32,000 bases of DNA from Actinacidiphila acididurans (GCF_016918855.1 NZ_JADKYB010000007.1:373623-405622), one strand, 5' to 3'. Counted from the first letter of the stretch, positions 1 through 9,204 are shown. Notes: generated from the sequence alone by a model not told the origin. Program-made: numbers and translations.

Positions 1-110
1 CTGGCCCGCGCGTCGGCCGAATGAGCGGCATCACGTCAACACCACGCTTACGCGCTGCCCTTCGCGGCAATACGTAACCGTATGTCGAGCCGCGGCCAGG
101 AGGCTGGAAC

Positions 111-557
111 ATGAGCATCTGGTGGTCCCTCCATTTGCGGCGCGAGGCTGCGAGTGTTCCGCTCGCCCGGAGACTGCTGCTGGGGACGATGGAGACCGCC
201 GGGGTGGACCCCGACATCTCCTTCGACCTCTCGGTGGCCCTCACCGAGGCGTGCGCGAACGCCGTGGAACACGCCGGATCCGCCACCAACTACAGCGTCA
301 CCGCACAGATCGACGGCGAACGCTGCAGGATCGAGGTGGCCGATTCCGGACCGGGTTTCGCCCGCGACCGTTTCCTCCGTCATTCGACCCGGACGCCGGC
401 CCACCGCGGCCAGCACGCCGAGCACGGGCGGGGGCTCTTCCTCATCGAGGCCTTGGTGGACCATGTCCACTACCAGGACCGGCCCGGACACGGGACGGTC
501 GTCTCCTTCGACAAGGTACTGAAGTGGCGGGACGGAGCCCTGCTCAGGGCCTCCTGA
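111..557 (+). CDS. RsbW-type anti-sigma factor / serine kinase-like ATP-binding protein (HATPase_c fold)
   Basis: 148-aa ORF. AGGAGG lies 7 nt upstream of the ATG. It has an N-box-like ALTEACANAVEHA, a G1-like DSGPGF and a G2-like GRGLFLIEAL. Confidence 0.7.
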   Translation: MSIWWSLHLRREAASVPLARRLLLGTMETAGVDPDISFDLSVALTEACANAVEHAGSATNYSVTAQIDGERCRIEVADSGPGFARDRFLRHSTRTPAHRGQHAEHGRGLFLIEALVDHVHYQDRPGHGTVVSFDKVLKWRDGALLRAS

Positions 558-637
558 CCGGAAGCCGAGGCAGGGCCCCGCCACGCCGAGCCGGGCCCGC
601 ACCGAACGACGCCCGCACGGAACCGGGCCCGCGTGAC

Positions 638-2155
638 CTAGGCCCGCAGCGAGGCCATCCACGCCTCGACCGCGCCGGCCTCCCGGGGCAGCCCCGCCGA
701 CAGATTCCGGTTGCCGTCCTCGGTGACCAGGATGTCGTCCTCGATCCGCACGCCTATGCCGCGGTACTCGGCCGGCACCGTCAGGTCGTCGGTCTGGAAG
801 TACAGCCCGGGCTCCACCGTGAGCACCATGCCCGGCTCGAGGGTGCAGTCCACATACGTCTCGGTCCGCGCGTGCGCGCAGTCGTGCACGTCCAGGCCGA
901 GCATGTGACCGGTGCCGTGCAGCGTCCACCGGCGCTGGAGGGCCAGTTCGAGCACCCGCTCGACCGGGCCGTCGAGCAGGCCCCACTCCACCAGCTTCTC
1001 CGCGAGCACCCGCTGGGACGCGTCGTGGAAGTCGCGGTAGGCCGCGCCCGGCTTGACCGCGGCGATGCCGGCCTCCTGCGCCTCGTACACCGCGTCGTAG
1101 ATCTTGCGCTGGAGCGGCGAGAAGGTGCCGTTGATCGGCAGGGTGCGGGTGACGTCGGCGGTGTAGAGCTCGTGGGTCTCCACGCCGGCGTCCAGCAGCA
1201 GCAGTTCGCCGGAGCGGACCGGGCCGTCGTTGCGCACCCAGTGCAGGGTGGTGGCGTGCGGGCCCGCGGCGCAGATCGAGCCGTAGCCCACGTCGTTGCC
1301 CTCCACCCGGGCGCGCAGGAAGAAGGTGCCCTCGATGTACCGCTCGCTGGTGGCCTCGGCGCGGTCCAGCACGCGCACCACGTCCTCGAAGCCGCGTGCG
1401 GTGGAGTCGCACGCCTTCTCCAGCTCCGTGATCTCGAACTCGTCCTTGACCAGGCGCAGTTCGGACAGGAACTCGGTGAGTTCCGTGTCCCGCTCGCCGG
1501 TCACCTTGTCGGCGAGGGCGGCCTCGATCCCCGCGTCGTACCCCCGCACCACCCGGACCGGGCCGGTGGCCGCGCGCAGTGCGTCGGTCAGCTTGCGGAC
1601 GTCCTTGCACGGCACCCCGAGCAGCTGCTCGGCCTCGGTCAGGCTGTGCCGCCGGCCGACCCACAGCTCGCCCTGACCGTCGAGCCAGAACTCGCCGTTG
1701 TCCCGGTCCGAGCGCGGCAGCAGGTACGCGGTCGCCTCGTGGCCGCCCTCCGCGAGCGGCTCGAACACCAGCACGGCGTCCTGGGTCTGGTCGCCGGTGA
1801 GGTGGACGTACTCCGAGGCGGCCCGGAAGGGGTAGTCCGTGTCATTGGCGCGGGTGCGCAGGTTCCCGGCCGGGACCACGATCCGCTCGCCGGGGAAGCG
1901 CGCGGACAGCGCGGCCCGCCGCGCCGCGGTGTGCTCCGCCTGCGGTATCGGCTCCAGGCCGTGCCGCTCGGTGTCAGCCCAGCCCGACTTCATCAGCGCG
2001 GCCAGCTCCTCGGACACCGCCGGGTACAGCCGGTTCTTGCGCTGCTTGATCTGCTGGTCACCGGTGTCCTTCGGGTCCCGCGGGTCCTGGGTGCCGCTCG
2101 GATCGGCCTCCGCCACGTCCACGTCCTGCCTCCTCCACGACGAACTTTCGTCCAT
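638..2155 (-). CDS. pepP: Xaa-Pro aminopeptidase (aminopeptidase P, peptidase M24B)
   Basis: The internal start MDESSSW at 2155 lies within the longer 638..3124 ORF, whose upstream part is Arg/Ala/Gly-rich junk. M24 metal-ligand blocks are present: LLLLDAGVE, HGTGHMLGLDVHD, VEPGLY and GIGVRIEDDILVT. Confidence 0.88.
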   Translation of the reverse strand: MDESSSWRRQDVDVAEADPSGTQDPRDPKDTGDQQIKQRKNRLYPAVSEELAALMKSGWADTERHGLEPIPQAEHTAARRAALSARFPGERIVVPAGNLRTRANDTDYPFRAASEYVHLTGDQTQDAVLVFEPLAEGGHEATAYLLPRSDRDNGEFWLDGQGELWVGRRHSLTEAEQLLGVPCKDVRKLTDALRAATGPVRVVRGYDAGIEAALADKVTGERDTELTEFLSELRLVKDEFEITELEKACDSTARGFEDVVRVLDRAEATSERYIEGTFFLRARVEGNDVGYGSICAAGPHATTLHWVRNDGPVRSGELLLLDAGVETHELYTADVTRTLPINGTFSPLQRKIYDAVYEAQEAGIAAVKPGAAYRDFHDASQRVLAEKLVEWGLLDGPVERVLELALQRRWTLHGTGHMLGLDVHDCAHARTETYVDCTLEPGMVLTVEPGLYFQTDDLTVPAEYRGIGVRIEDDILVTEDGNRNLSAGLPREAGAVEAWMASLRA

Positions 2156-2283
2156 CGTAGGGCGGCCCCCCTCCGCTCCGGGCGGCCCGCCCCTTCGCCT
2201 GTGGAAAACTCGCGCACCCGGCGCCCGACCTGCGCGGTTCTCGGCGCTTCCCGGGCCCCGCGTCCTCCCGGGGCCCATCCGCC

Positions 2284-3714
2284 TCAGTCGAACCGCGCCA
2301 CCATCAGCACCAGGTCCTCCACCCCGTCCGTACGGTCCACGCCGTCCGGCAGCATCGCGCGCACCACATGATCGGCGAGCCGCTCGGGATCGGCGCGGAC
2401 CGAGTGGGGCGCGCCCTGCGCGGCCGCGTGCAGCCGGGCGAAGGCCCGGTCGACCGGCTCGCCGGTGCGGTGCAGCAGCCCGTCGGTGTAGAGCAGCAGG
2501 CTCTCCCCGGGGTGGGCGCACATCTCGACGCTCGGCGCCTCCCAGCAGCTCAGCATGTTCAGCGGCGCCGAAAGCGACGTCTCCACGTACTCGCAGCGCC
2601 GGTCGCCGACCACCAGCGGCGGGCAGTGCCCGGCACCGGCCAGCACCAGCCGCCGCCCGCCGCCCGGGAGCGCGGTCGCGTACCCGAACAGCGCGGTCGC
2701 CGCGCGGGCCGGCTCGGTCAGCCGCAGCAGGAGCTCCAGGTCGGACAGCACGGCGACCGGGTCCTCGCCCTCCATCACGGCATACGCCCGCAGGCTCGCC
2801 CGCAGCCGCCCCATTGCGGCCACCGCGCCCGGCCCGGCGCCCGTCACCCCGCCGACGGCGAGCCCGAGCGCGCCTTCCGGCAGCGGCAGCGCGTCGTACC
2901 AGTCGCCGCCACCACGCGGCCCGGCGTCGTGCCGGACCGCCATCCGTACCCCCGGCACCCGCGGCAGCCGGGCCGGCAGGAGTTCGGCGGCCAGCGACGA
3001 AGCGGCCTCGTTGGCGCGGGCCAGCGCCAAGCAGCGCCCCAAGTGCTCGGCGGCGAACCGCAGGTAGAGGCCGGCCAAACGGCGCTGGCGGGCGGCGGGT
3101 TCGGCCGGCTCGTCGTAGAACCACACCGCGGTGCCGAGGGTCCCGGTCCGCTCGGCGGTCAGCGGCAGCGCGTAACTGGCGCCGAGGCCGAGCCGTTCGG
3201 CCACCTCGCGGTGCCGCGCGGACAGCCCCGGCCCGTGGCGCAGGTCACCGTGCACCACCTCCGGCGCCACGTCCAGGGCGACGGGCTCGGTCGGCGCCGT
3301 GGCCGAAATTGTCTCCAGGGCGCCGAGGTCCGCGTGGGCCAGACCGAGTCCGACGGAGTTCCGGCGGCCGAAACCGTCCGGGCACTCCAGGGTGATCATG
3401 CCGCGCCGGGCACCGACCAGAGTGGCGCCCGCCTGGAGCACCTCGTGCAGGACATCGCCCGGCTCGGCGGTGCGGACCAGGCGTTCGGTGAGCTCGTGCA
3501 GCAGCGACAGGTCGCACACCCAGGCGGCGAGCCGGTCCTGGACGGCGATCGGGTGCTCCGGGGAGCCGCGGTCCGGCATCCGCTCGGGGTGTCCGGCGGG
3601 AAGCGCGGGCGGCACGGGGACGGCCGCCGGAGTGATCGCGGCGGCGTCAGTCTGGGGGATGCCGGCGGAAGACGGTTCGGTTCCGGCCACTTTTCTGACG
3701 TGAGCGGGGCTCAT
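2284..3714 (-). CDS. PP2C/SpoIIE-family serine phosphatase with an N-terminal sensory (GAF-like) region
   Basis: 476-aa ORF. SpoIIE-type motifs GGDWYDA, LLLYTDGLL and a C-terminal DLVLMVARF are present. GGGAG lies 9 nt upstream of the ATG. The start is not verified. Confidence 0.8.
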   Translation of the reverse strand: MSPAHVRKVAGTEPSSAGIPQTDAAAITPAAVPVPPALPAGHPERMPDRGSPEHPIAVQDRLAAWVCDLSLLHELTERLVRTAEPGDVLHEVLQAGATLVGARRGMITLECPDGFGRRNSVGLGLAHADLGALETISATAPTEPVALDVAPEVVHGDLRHGPGLSARHREVAERLGLGASYALPLTAERTGTLGTAVWFYDEPAEPAARQRRLAGLYLRFAAEHLGRCLALARANEAASSLAAELLPARLPRVPGVRMAVRHDAGPRGGGDWYDALPLPEGALGLAVGGVTGAGPGAVAAMGRLRASLRAYAVMEGEDPVAVLSDLELLLRLTEPARAATALFGYATALPGGGRRLVLAGAGHCPPLVVGDRRCEYVETSLSAPLNMLSCWEAPSVEMCAHPGESLLLYTDGLLHRTGEPVDRAFARLHAAAQGAPHSVRADPERLADHVVRAMLPDGVDRTDGVEDLVLMVARFD

Positions 3715-3732
3715 GGCCGGGAGCTCCCGGCC
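3715..3732. promoter_or_regulatory. 18-bp perfect palindrome GGCCGGGAGCTCCCGGCC directly abutting the phosphatase start codon
   Basis: Checked base by base: pairing holds for 3715-3732 and fails at 3714/3733. The palindrome contains the only SD-like GGGAG for the minus-strand gene. Confidence 0.45.
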
Positions 3733-4314
3733 GGGGTCCGGCGAGCGGGGAATTCAGCGTGTTTTGTTCGCGCCGCGCGGAACATCCGCATCAATAGCAT
3801 CGCAAACCCCCAAGTCGTGCTGCGCCGCTATCAAGAACCCCACTTCTACACGCACGATCGTGGGCATGTCCAGGATTGTCCTGGTACAAGAGATGGTGTC
3901 GGAGCCTTGCGGTTCCGGGCCGGACCGACGTACGTTGGCCGGACGCTGTCCCGAACATTGGCTCAAAACAGCCACCCCCGGTTCATGCGCACTGTCGACT
4001 GATCCCGGCCAACAGCGCGTCATATCGTGGGTGCTGGGTAGGAACCCGATGTCCGGCTCAAGCGTCGTAGTACGTAAACAGTTGACGGCCGACCCAACCC
4101 CGAGTGGCAGAAGGGTGCCGCGTCCGGCGGGAGCATGACCGGTTGCTCACGCTCAGGGCTTTGTGCGCCACAATGAGCGCCTCGCGCGCACCACCCTCCG
4201 CCACGTTCCACGCTCGGCTGGCAGTGTGCTGCGCTGCCTCGTATGCGGTGTGCTCGACAGTTACGTTGTGTAATGGGCAGATCCATGGGCGTTAACGGAA
4301 AGGAACGAGCGCTG

Positions 4315-5007
4315 ATGCGCGAGATCCTCGGAAGGCGACGCAAGCTCTCACTCCAGCTCCCGCGAAAGGGGCGGACCGCGCTGCTGAGCGCGGCCCTCAC
4401 CTACGCCGAGCAGTGGAAATGGCGTGTCGTGCCCGGCGTCGGGTACGACCGGCGGGGCACTTGGCGGGCGACCGGCGCGCAGCCGTGCGCCTGCCCGCGC
4501 CCCAACTGCCCGGTGCCCGGCGTGCACCCGCTCGACCCCGGTCTGCTCGCCGCCACGCGCGACCCGCGCATGGTGCGCTGGTGGTGGACCAACCGGCCCG
4601 ACGCGCCTGTGGTGCTCGCCACCGGCGACCGGGTCTCGGCCGCGAGCCTGCCCGCGGCGGCCGGCGCGCACGCCCTGACCGCCATCGAGCACTTCGGCTT
4701 CCGGCTCGGCCCGGTGGTCGCCACTCCCACCCGCTACATCTTCCTGGTGGCCCCCTACTCCCTCGCCGAGCTGGGCGAACTCCTCGACAGCCAGGAGTGG
4801 GTGCCGACCTCGCTGCGTTACCACGGTGACGGCGGATACGTCGCCCTGCCGCCGTCGAGCGGCAACTCCGGCCAGTTGCGCTGGGTGCGCGAGCCGGTGG
4901 TGGAGCCGGGGGAGTCCGCTCCCTGGCTGCCGCAGATCAGCACCCTGGTGGACGCGATGGTCCGCGCGGGACGCACGGCGCCGGACGGCGACCGGCTCAC
5001 GTACTGA
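4315..5007 (+). CDS. Bifunctional DNA primase/polymerase (PrimPol) N-terminal-domain protein
   Basis: The preferred start is the ATG at 4315, with GGAAAGGAA 10-18 nt upstream (the longest ORF starts at 4243). The motif LTYAEQWKWRVVPG and the Cys cluster CACPRPNCPVPGVHP match my memory of actinobacterial PrimPol-domain proteins. Confidence 0.6.
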   Translation: MREILGRRRKLSLQLPRKGRTALLSAALTYAEQWKWRVVPGVGYDRRGTWRATGAQPCACPRPNCPVPGVHPLDPGLLAATRDPRMVRWWWTNRPDAPVVLATGDRVSAASLPAAAGAHALTAIEHFGFRLGPVVATPTRYIFLVAPYSLAELGELLDSQEWVPTSLRYHGDGGYVALPPSSGNSGQLRWVREPVVEPGESAPWLPQISTLVDAMVRAGRTAPDGDRLTY

Positions 5008-5372
5008 TCGCTTCGATCGGCTGATGGGGGACCCGGACCGGGGGGTCCGGGACGTAGGGACGACGTACGGATGCCGTACGAACAAAGAGGTGGAGGGGGG
5101 CCGCGCCGGCGAGCGGTGCGGCCGGGCCGGGCGTAGGGACGCCGCGGCCGACGAGGCGGGGACCATCCGGAGCAGAGGCGCGCGTCGATGCGCGCGTTCC
5201 GGGCGACCGTACAGGCGCGGACAGGACGCTGGCTCAGTCGATCCGCGGACGACCCGTAACCGACACCCATGAGTCGCGTTGGCGGCGTACGTCCGGCGCG
5301 CGTCCATTGACGCGAAGAACCTGCGCGGCCTACCCGGCGCAATGGCGGCGGCTGGCGGCGGGTATGGAAGTG

Positions 5373-5410
5373 CCCGGTCGCTGGCGACGGGGGATGCACC
5401 AGCGACCGGG
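5373..5410. other. Perfect 12-bp stem hairpin (CCCGGTCGCTGG / CCAGCGACCGGG) with a 14-nt loop, in a convergent intergenic region
   Basis: The two arms, 5373-5384 and 5399-5410, are exact reverse complements. No T-tract follows. Confidence 0.4.
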
Positions 5411-5553
5411 CTGTTCAAACGGTAACAAGACTTCCGCCGTTCGCAAATCCCGGAAGCGGAGGCCGCCCTCGATTTCCCGGGGTTTTCCCGGGAGTTGTGA
5501 TCGACATCACTGACTGACCGCTCAGTTCGACCCCGCGGCGGGGCCTGGCGCCG

Positions 5554-5571
5554 GGGGTACGGCCGTACCCC
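5554..5571. terminator. 18-bp perfect palindrome GGGGTACGGCCGTACCCC, a candidate bidirectional terminator
   Basis: It lies about 115 nt downstream of the minus-strand stop at 5685, between convergent genes. Pairing was verified base by base. There is no U-tract, as is common in high-GC actinomycetes. Confidence 0.3.
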
Positions 5572-5684
5572 GGACGGGTGTTGGCGGTGGGGCGGATGGT
5601 GGCCGGGAGCCGACCGGCGCAGCGCCGGGGGCCCGACGCCGGACAGCCGAGAGGGCCAGCCGCAGGGCGGCCGGCCCCAGGCGC

Positions 5685-6653
5685 TCAGCGCAGGGTGATC
5701 TGGCGGTTGGTGAAGCCGCTGCGGGCCCGCCGCTCCTCGGCGCTCAGCGGCCCGGTGACGGCCAGCGTCTCGGTCAGCCGCTCCTGGAACTGCGCGGCCG
5801 GCTTCTCCACCTCGTCGGCGGGCATGCCCACCGGTAGGTCCCACACCGGCGCCACCAGGCCGTGCGCGCGGAAGGAACCGACCAGGCGGGTGTTCGCGCC
5901 CAGCGAGGACGCCCCGGCGGCGTGCAGCCGGGCCAGCGCGTCCAGCAGATCGTCCTCCGGGTACGGCATCACCCACCGCAGGTGGTTCTTCTCCGGCGTC
6001 TGGCACCAGTACGCCGCGTCCACCTCGGTCAGCCGTACGGTCGGGATCGCCGCCTGGTTGGCGCGCTCCAGCGACGCGGCGACCTCGCCGGTCGCCGCCT
6101 CCGCGTCCTCCAGCCAGAACTCGAAGCCGCTGTGCACCTCGGGCACGAAGGGCGCGGCCAGGTCGAGGAGGTCCTGCAGCCGCAGCCCGTCCGCGGCCGG
6201 CCGCCGGGCCTCCACCGGGTTGCCCGGCTCCGCGGTCAGCGCCCGGCTCAGGGTGTCGGCCAGGTCCCGGCTGATGTCGCCGGTCACCACGTCGTTCTGC
6301 AGGCCGAGCAGCACGCCGCCGGTGTCCCGGCGCAGCCCCGGCCAGGCCATCGGCAGCACTGTGCCGAGCGTCACCGTCGGCACGCCCTCGGGCAGGCCGC
6401 CCGCGAGTGTCAGCTCCGCGGTGGCGGCCGGCACGAGTTCGCGCAGCGCCACCCAGTCGCACTCGCCGGGCAGCCCCTCGAACGGGCGCTGCACCAGTTC
6501 GGTCACCGCGTGGGCGCTCTCCCGGCCGTGGCACGCCTTGTACCGGCGGCCCGAGCCGCACGGGCAGGGCTCGCGCGCGCCGACCACGGGGATCTCGCCC
6601 GTGCTGTTGCGGGGGGCCTTGCTCTGGGTGGGGGTCGCGCGCTTCTTGGCCAT
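5685..6653 (-). CDS. SEC-C metal-binding motif protein (DUF5926-like)
   Basis: The start MAKKRATPT at 6653 has GGAAGAG upstream. The SEC-C motif CPCGSGRRYKACHG lies near the N-terminus. GC3 is high across the 322 aa. Confidence 0.75.
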   Translation of the reverse strand: MAKKRATPTQSKAPRNSTGEIPVVGAREPCPCGSGRRYKACHGRESAHAVTELVQRPFEGLPGECDWVALRELVPAATAELTLAGGLPEGVPTVTLGTVLPMAWPGLRRDTGGVLLGLQNDVVTGDISRDLADTLSRALTAEPGNPVEARRPAADGLRLQDLLDLAAPFVPEVHSGFEFWLEDAEAATGEVAASLERANQAAIPTVRLTEVDAAYWCQTPEKNHLRWVMPYPEDDLLDALARLHAAGASSLGANTRLVGSFRAHGLVAPVWDLPVGMPADEVEKPAAQFQERLTETLAVTGPLSAEERRARSGFTNRQITLR

Positions 6654-7104
6654 GGCTCGGTCTCTTCCGGGTCTTCCGGTGTGTTTCCGGTACGGCGGGT
6701 ACCCGGCGGAGCTTAGCGGGAGGGGGGCGGGGGGTTGGTGGACGTCGGGGGTCCGATCGGGCACCGGTCGGCGGCCCGAACGGTCACGGGTGCGCCGGGC
6801 CGGACGGTACGGGCGGGCGGCGCGGCGGTTTTCGCGGGCCCGCGAGCGGTGGCCCGGCTCGGAAAATGTGCGGGTCCGGTTTTCCGGGGCGTCGGGATCT
6901 GTGCGATACGGAGCGGAGCCCGGCCGCCGGTTCGTACTCGGCGCAAATGGGCCGGAACGCGTGCGCGTCGTGTCAAGCGGTGAATCGGGCCGAAGAATCG
7001 GACACAGGGGCCGTTCCGGCTAAAGCACGGGAACACCGGCACAACACCGCCGGAACCTTCCGGAAGGCCGTCAGAACGCCGCCGGAACGACGGCGGAACT
7101 CCGA

Positions 7105-7170
7105 TGGATCGCCACGGGATCGTCATGGGATCGCCTTGAGATCGCCGCCGGATCGTCAACGGATCACCTG
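7105..7170. repeat. Six tandem 11-bp units (consensus GGGATCGYCNN), each containing GATC
   Basis: GATC occurs at 7107, 7118, 7129, 7140, 7151 and 7162, an exact 11-bp spacing. The array is intergenic. Confidence 0.85.
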
Positions 7171-7317
7171 TGGACTCACCGGCCGGCTGCGCCGTATGCC
7201 GCCGGAAGTGGCGGTTCCGCGGGAGTCGGCCGAAAATCCGGAAAGCGACAGCGTTCCGGGCCGAAAATCTCACCTGCTGATGACCCGAGTGATACCGGAA
7301 AATGTGACGCAGATCAC

Positions 7318-7980
7318 TCAGGTCATATCGTCGAGGGATTCCGCGAGATCCAGTGGCAAGTCGAGTGGTACGCCCCGGGGCAGGCCGATTCCGGTCGGGT
7401 TGTCCCGCCGGGCATGGCGGCCGCGGACCGGCAGCAGCACCCATACGGTGACCTCGCCGGGGGCGTCGCGCACCCCCCAGCGCAGCGCCAGGGCTGCGAC
7501 GATACCCAGGCCACGGCCGCCGCGCGCGGTCAGCGAGGGGCTGGCCGGCCGGGGCCGGGTGGGCCCGCCCCCGTCGGTGACCTCCAGGTTGAGCAGGCCG
7601 TTCGGGCCGACCGACCAGAAAGCCCGTATCCCGTACGCCTCGCTGTCCGGATAGTCCGCGTCCGGATCCGGGGCCGGGTCCGCCGGAAGCTTCGTGCCGC
7701 GATCGGTGGGCACGGCCGTCAAACGAGGGGCGGGCGCCTGAGCGCCCGCCTGTACCGTGCCGTCGGGATATGCGGCTTCGCTCAGCGGGCGGGCATGCCG
7801 GCAGGAATTGCTGAGCAATTCGGACAGAATGAGGACCGCGTCGTCGACGACCGGATCCGGTACGTCCCGCGCGTACAAATCGGCTCGCAGCCTTCTGCGC
7901 GCCTCCGCGACACCCGCAGGACCATGGGGCAGGGCCATGGTCGTGGACGTCGGCACCTCCTGGGCCACCATCAACGACAC
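7318..7980 (-). CDS. HATPase-like ATP-binding protein (anti-sigma factor/kinase family) with a Pro/Asp-rich insert
   Basis: An N-box-like LILSELLSNSCRHA and a G-box-like GGRGLGIVAALALRWGV are present. The preferred start is the GTG at 7980, 8 nt after AAGGAGG. Alternative starts are the ATG at 7971 and the longest-ORF start at 8031. Confidence 0.62.
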   Translation of the reverse strand: MSLMVAQEVPTSTTMALPHGPAGVAEARRRLRADLYARDVPDPVVDDAVLILSELLSNSCRHARPLSEAAYPDGTVQAGAQAPAPRLTAVPTDRGTKLPADPAPDPDADYPDSEAYGIRAFWSVGPNGLLNLEVTDGGGPTRPRPASPSLTARGGRGLGIVAALALRWGVRDAPGEVTVWVLLPVRGRHARRDNPTGIGLPRGVPLDLPLDLAESLDDMT

Positions 7981-8298
7981 CCCCGAGACCTCCTTCACCC
8001 CACGCCACAAGGTGAATGCCCCCCGGGACAAGACCGGAAACTGCCCAACCGCGATCTATTGACGCACTCCATACACAGCACCGCGATATGCCCATGCCCC
8101 TGGCACGATCCGGCGCGAGCCGATACGCTCTGCTTGCGCCGCAACACGCCGGGTAAGGATGGTTACCAAGGTTGCCCCGGGAAGTCGGGGTCGTCCCGGA
8201 GCGTGCGGGGCCCCTGCCAGGGGCTTGGCGGACCCGCGGGCGGCGTACGCGCAGGCAGGCCCGCAGGCGGCGGATCGCCGGTATCTGTGGCCGGGCAG

Positions 8299-9204
8299 TC
8301 AGCGCCCCAACTGGGCCAGCACCTTCCGCGGCCGGTTGGTGATCACCGCGTCCACCCCGAGCCGTACGCACAGCTCGACGTCGGCCGGCTCGTCCACGGT
8401 CCACACGTGCACCCGGTGCCCGGCCCGGTGCAGCCGGTCCACGTACCCCGGGTTCGTGCGGACGATCCGCATGCTCGGCCCGGCGATCCCCACCCCCGCC
8501 GGCAGCCGCCCGTCACGATGGCGCGGGGTGACGTACTGCATCAGGTAGACGGTCGGCAGGGCGGGCGCGGCCATCCGTACCCGGCGCAATGAGCGCGAGG
8601 AAAAGCTCATCACCCGCACCCGGGAGGGCTCGCCATGCGGCGGGCGGTCCAGGTCGAAGCGGCGCAGCAGGTCGATCAGCCGTTCCTCCACCTGGCCGGC
8701 CCAGCGGGTGGGGTGCTTGGTCTCGATGGCCAGCTCCACCCGGCGGTCGGTCTCGACGACCAACTCCAGCAGCCGCTGCAGGGTCAGCACCTGGCTGCGC
8801 TCGCCCGGGTCGAAGCGCTCAGGCGTCTCCGGGTCGGCGTACTGCCCCTTCCACGAGCCGAAGTCCAGCGCCGCCAGATCCGCCAGCTCCAGGGACGAGA
8901 CCGCGCCGCGGCCGTTGGACGTCCGGTTCACCCGCCAGTCGTGCACGCACACCAGCGCGCCGTCCGCGGTGAGCCGTACGTCGCATTCCAGCGCGTCCGC
9001 GCCCTCCTCAATGGCTTTCCGGTACGCGGCGAGCGTATGTTCTGGTACGTCCTCGGAGGCGCCCCGATGAGCGACGACCTGCACCTGTCGCCCCTCGGGA
9101 TGCGCGTCCTGGACCGCGCGGAGGAAGGTCACCGGCCCATGGTGCCACCGTGCCGACTGTGGCGGGCGGGGCGCCGCTGGCCGGGGCGGCGGTGCTGCGG
9201 GCAT
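8299..9204 (-). CDS. Glycerophosphodiester phosphodiesterase (GDPD family)
   Basis: The GDPD signature VVAHRGASEDVPEHTLAAYRKAIEEGADALECDVRLTADGALVCVHD is present. The start is uncertain: ATG 9204, GTG 9132 or the longest ORF at 9312. Confidence 0.82.
   Translation of the reverse strand: MPAAPPPRPAAPRPPQSARWHHGPVTFLRAVQDAHPEGRQVQVVAHRGASEDVPEHTLAAYRKAIEEGADALECDVRLTADGALVCVHDWRVNRTSNGRGAVSSLELADLAALDFGSWKGQYADPETPERFDPGERSQVLTLQRLLELVVETDRRVELAIETKHPTRWAGQVEERLIDLLRRFDLDRPPHGEPSRVRVMSFSSRSLRRVRMAAPALPTVYLMQYVTPRHRDGRLPAGVGIAGPSMRIVRTNPGYVDRLHRAGHRVHVWTVDEPADVELCVRLGVDAVITNRPRKVLAQLGR

Noticed and set aside
2156-3124. N-terminal extension of the aminopeptidase ORF (638..3124, 828 aa), and likewise the 23086..27780 extension of Rhs2
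   Set aside because: The extensions are low-complexity Arg/Ala/Gly sequence that overlaps real genes (the PP2C phosphatase and helper copy 2). Family homology begins at the internal starts, 2155 and 26958.
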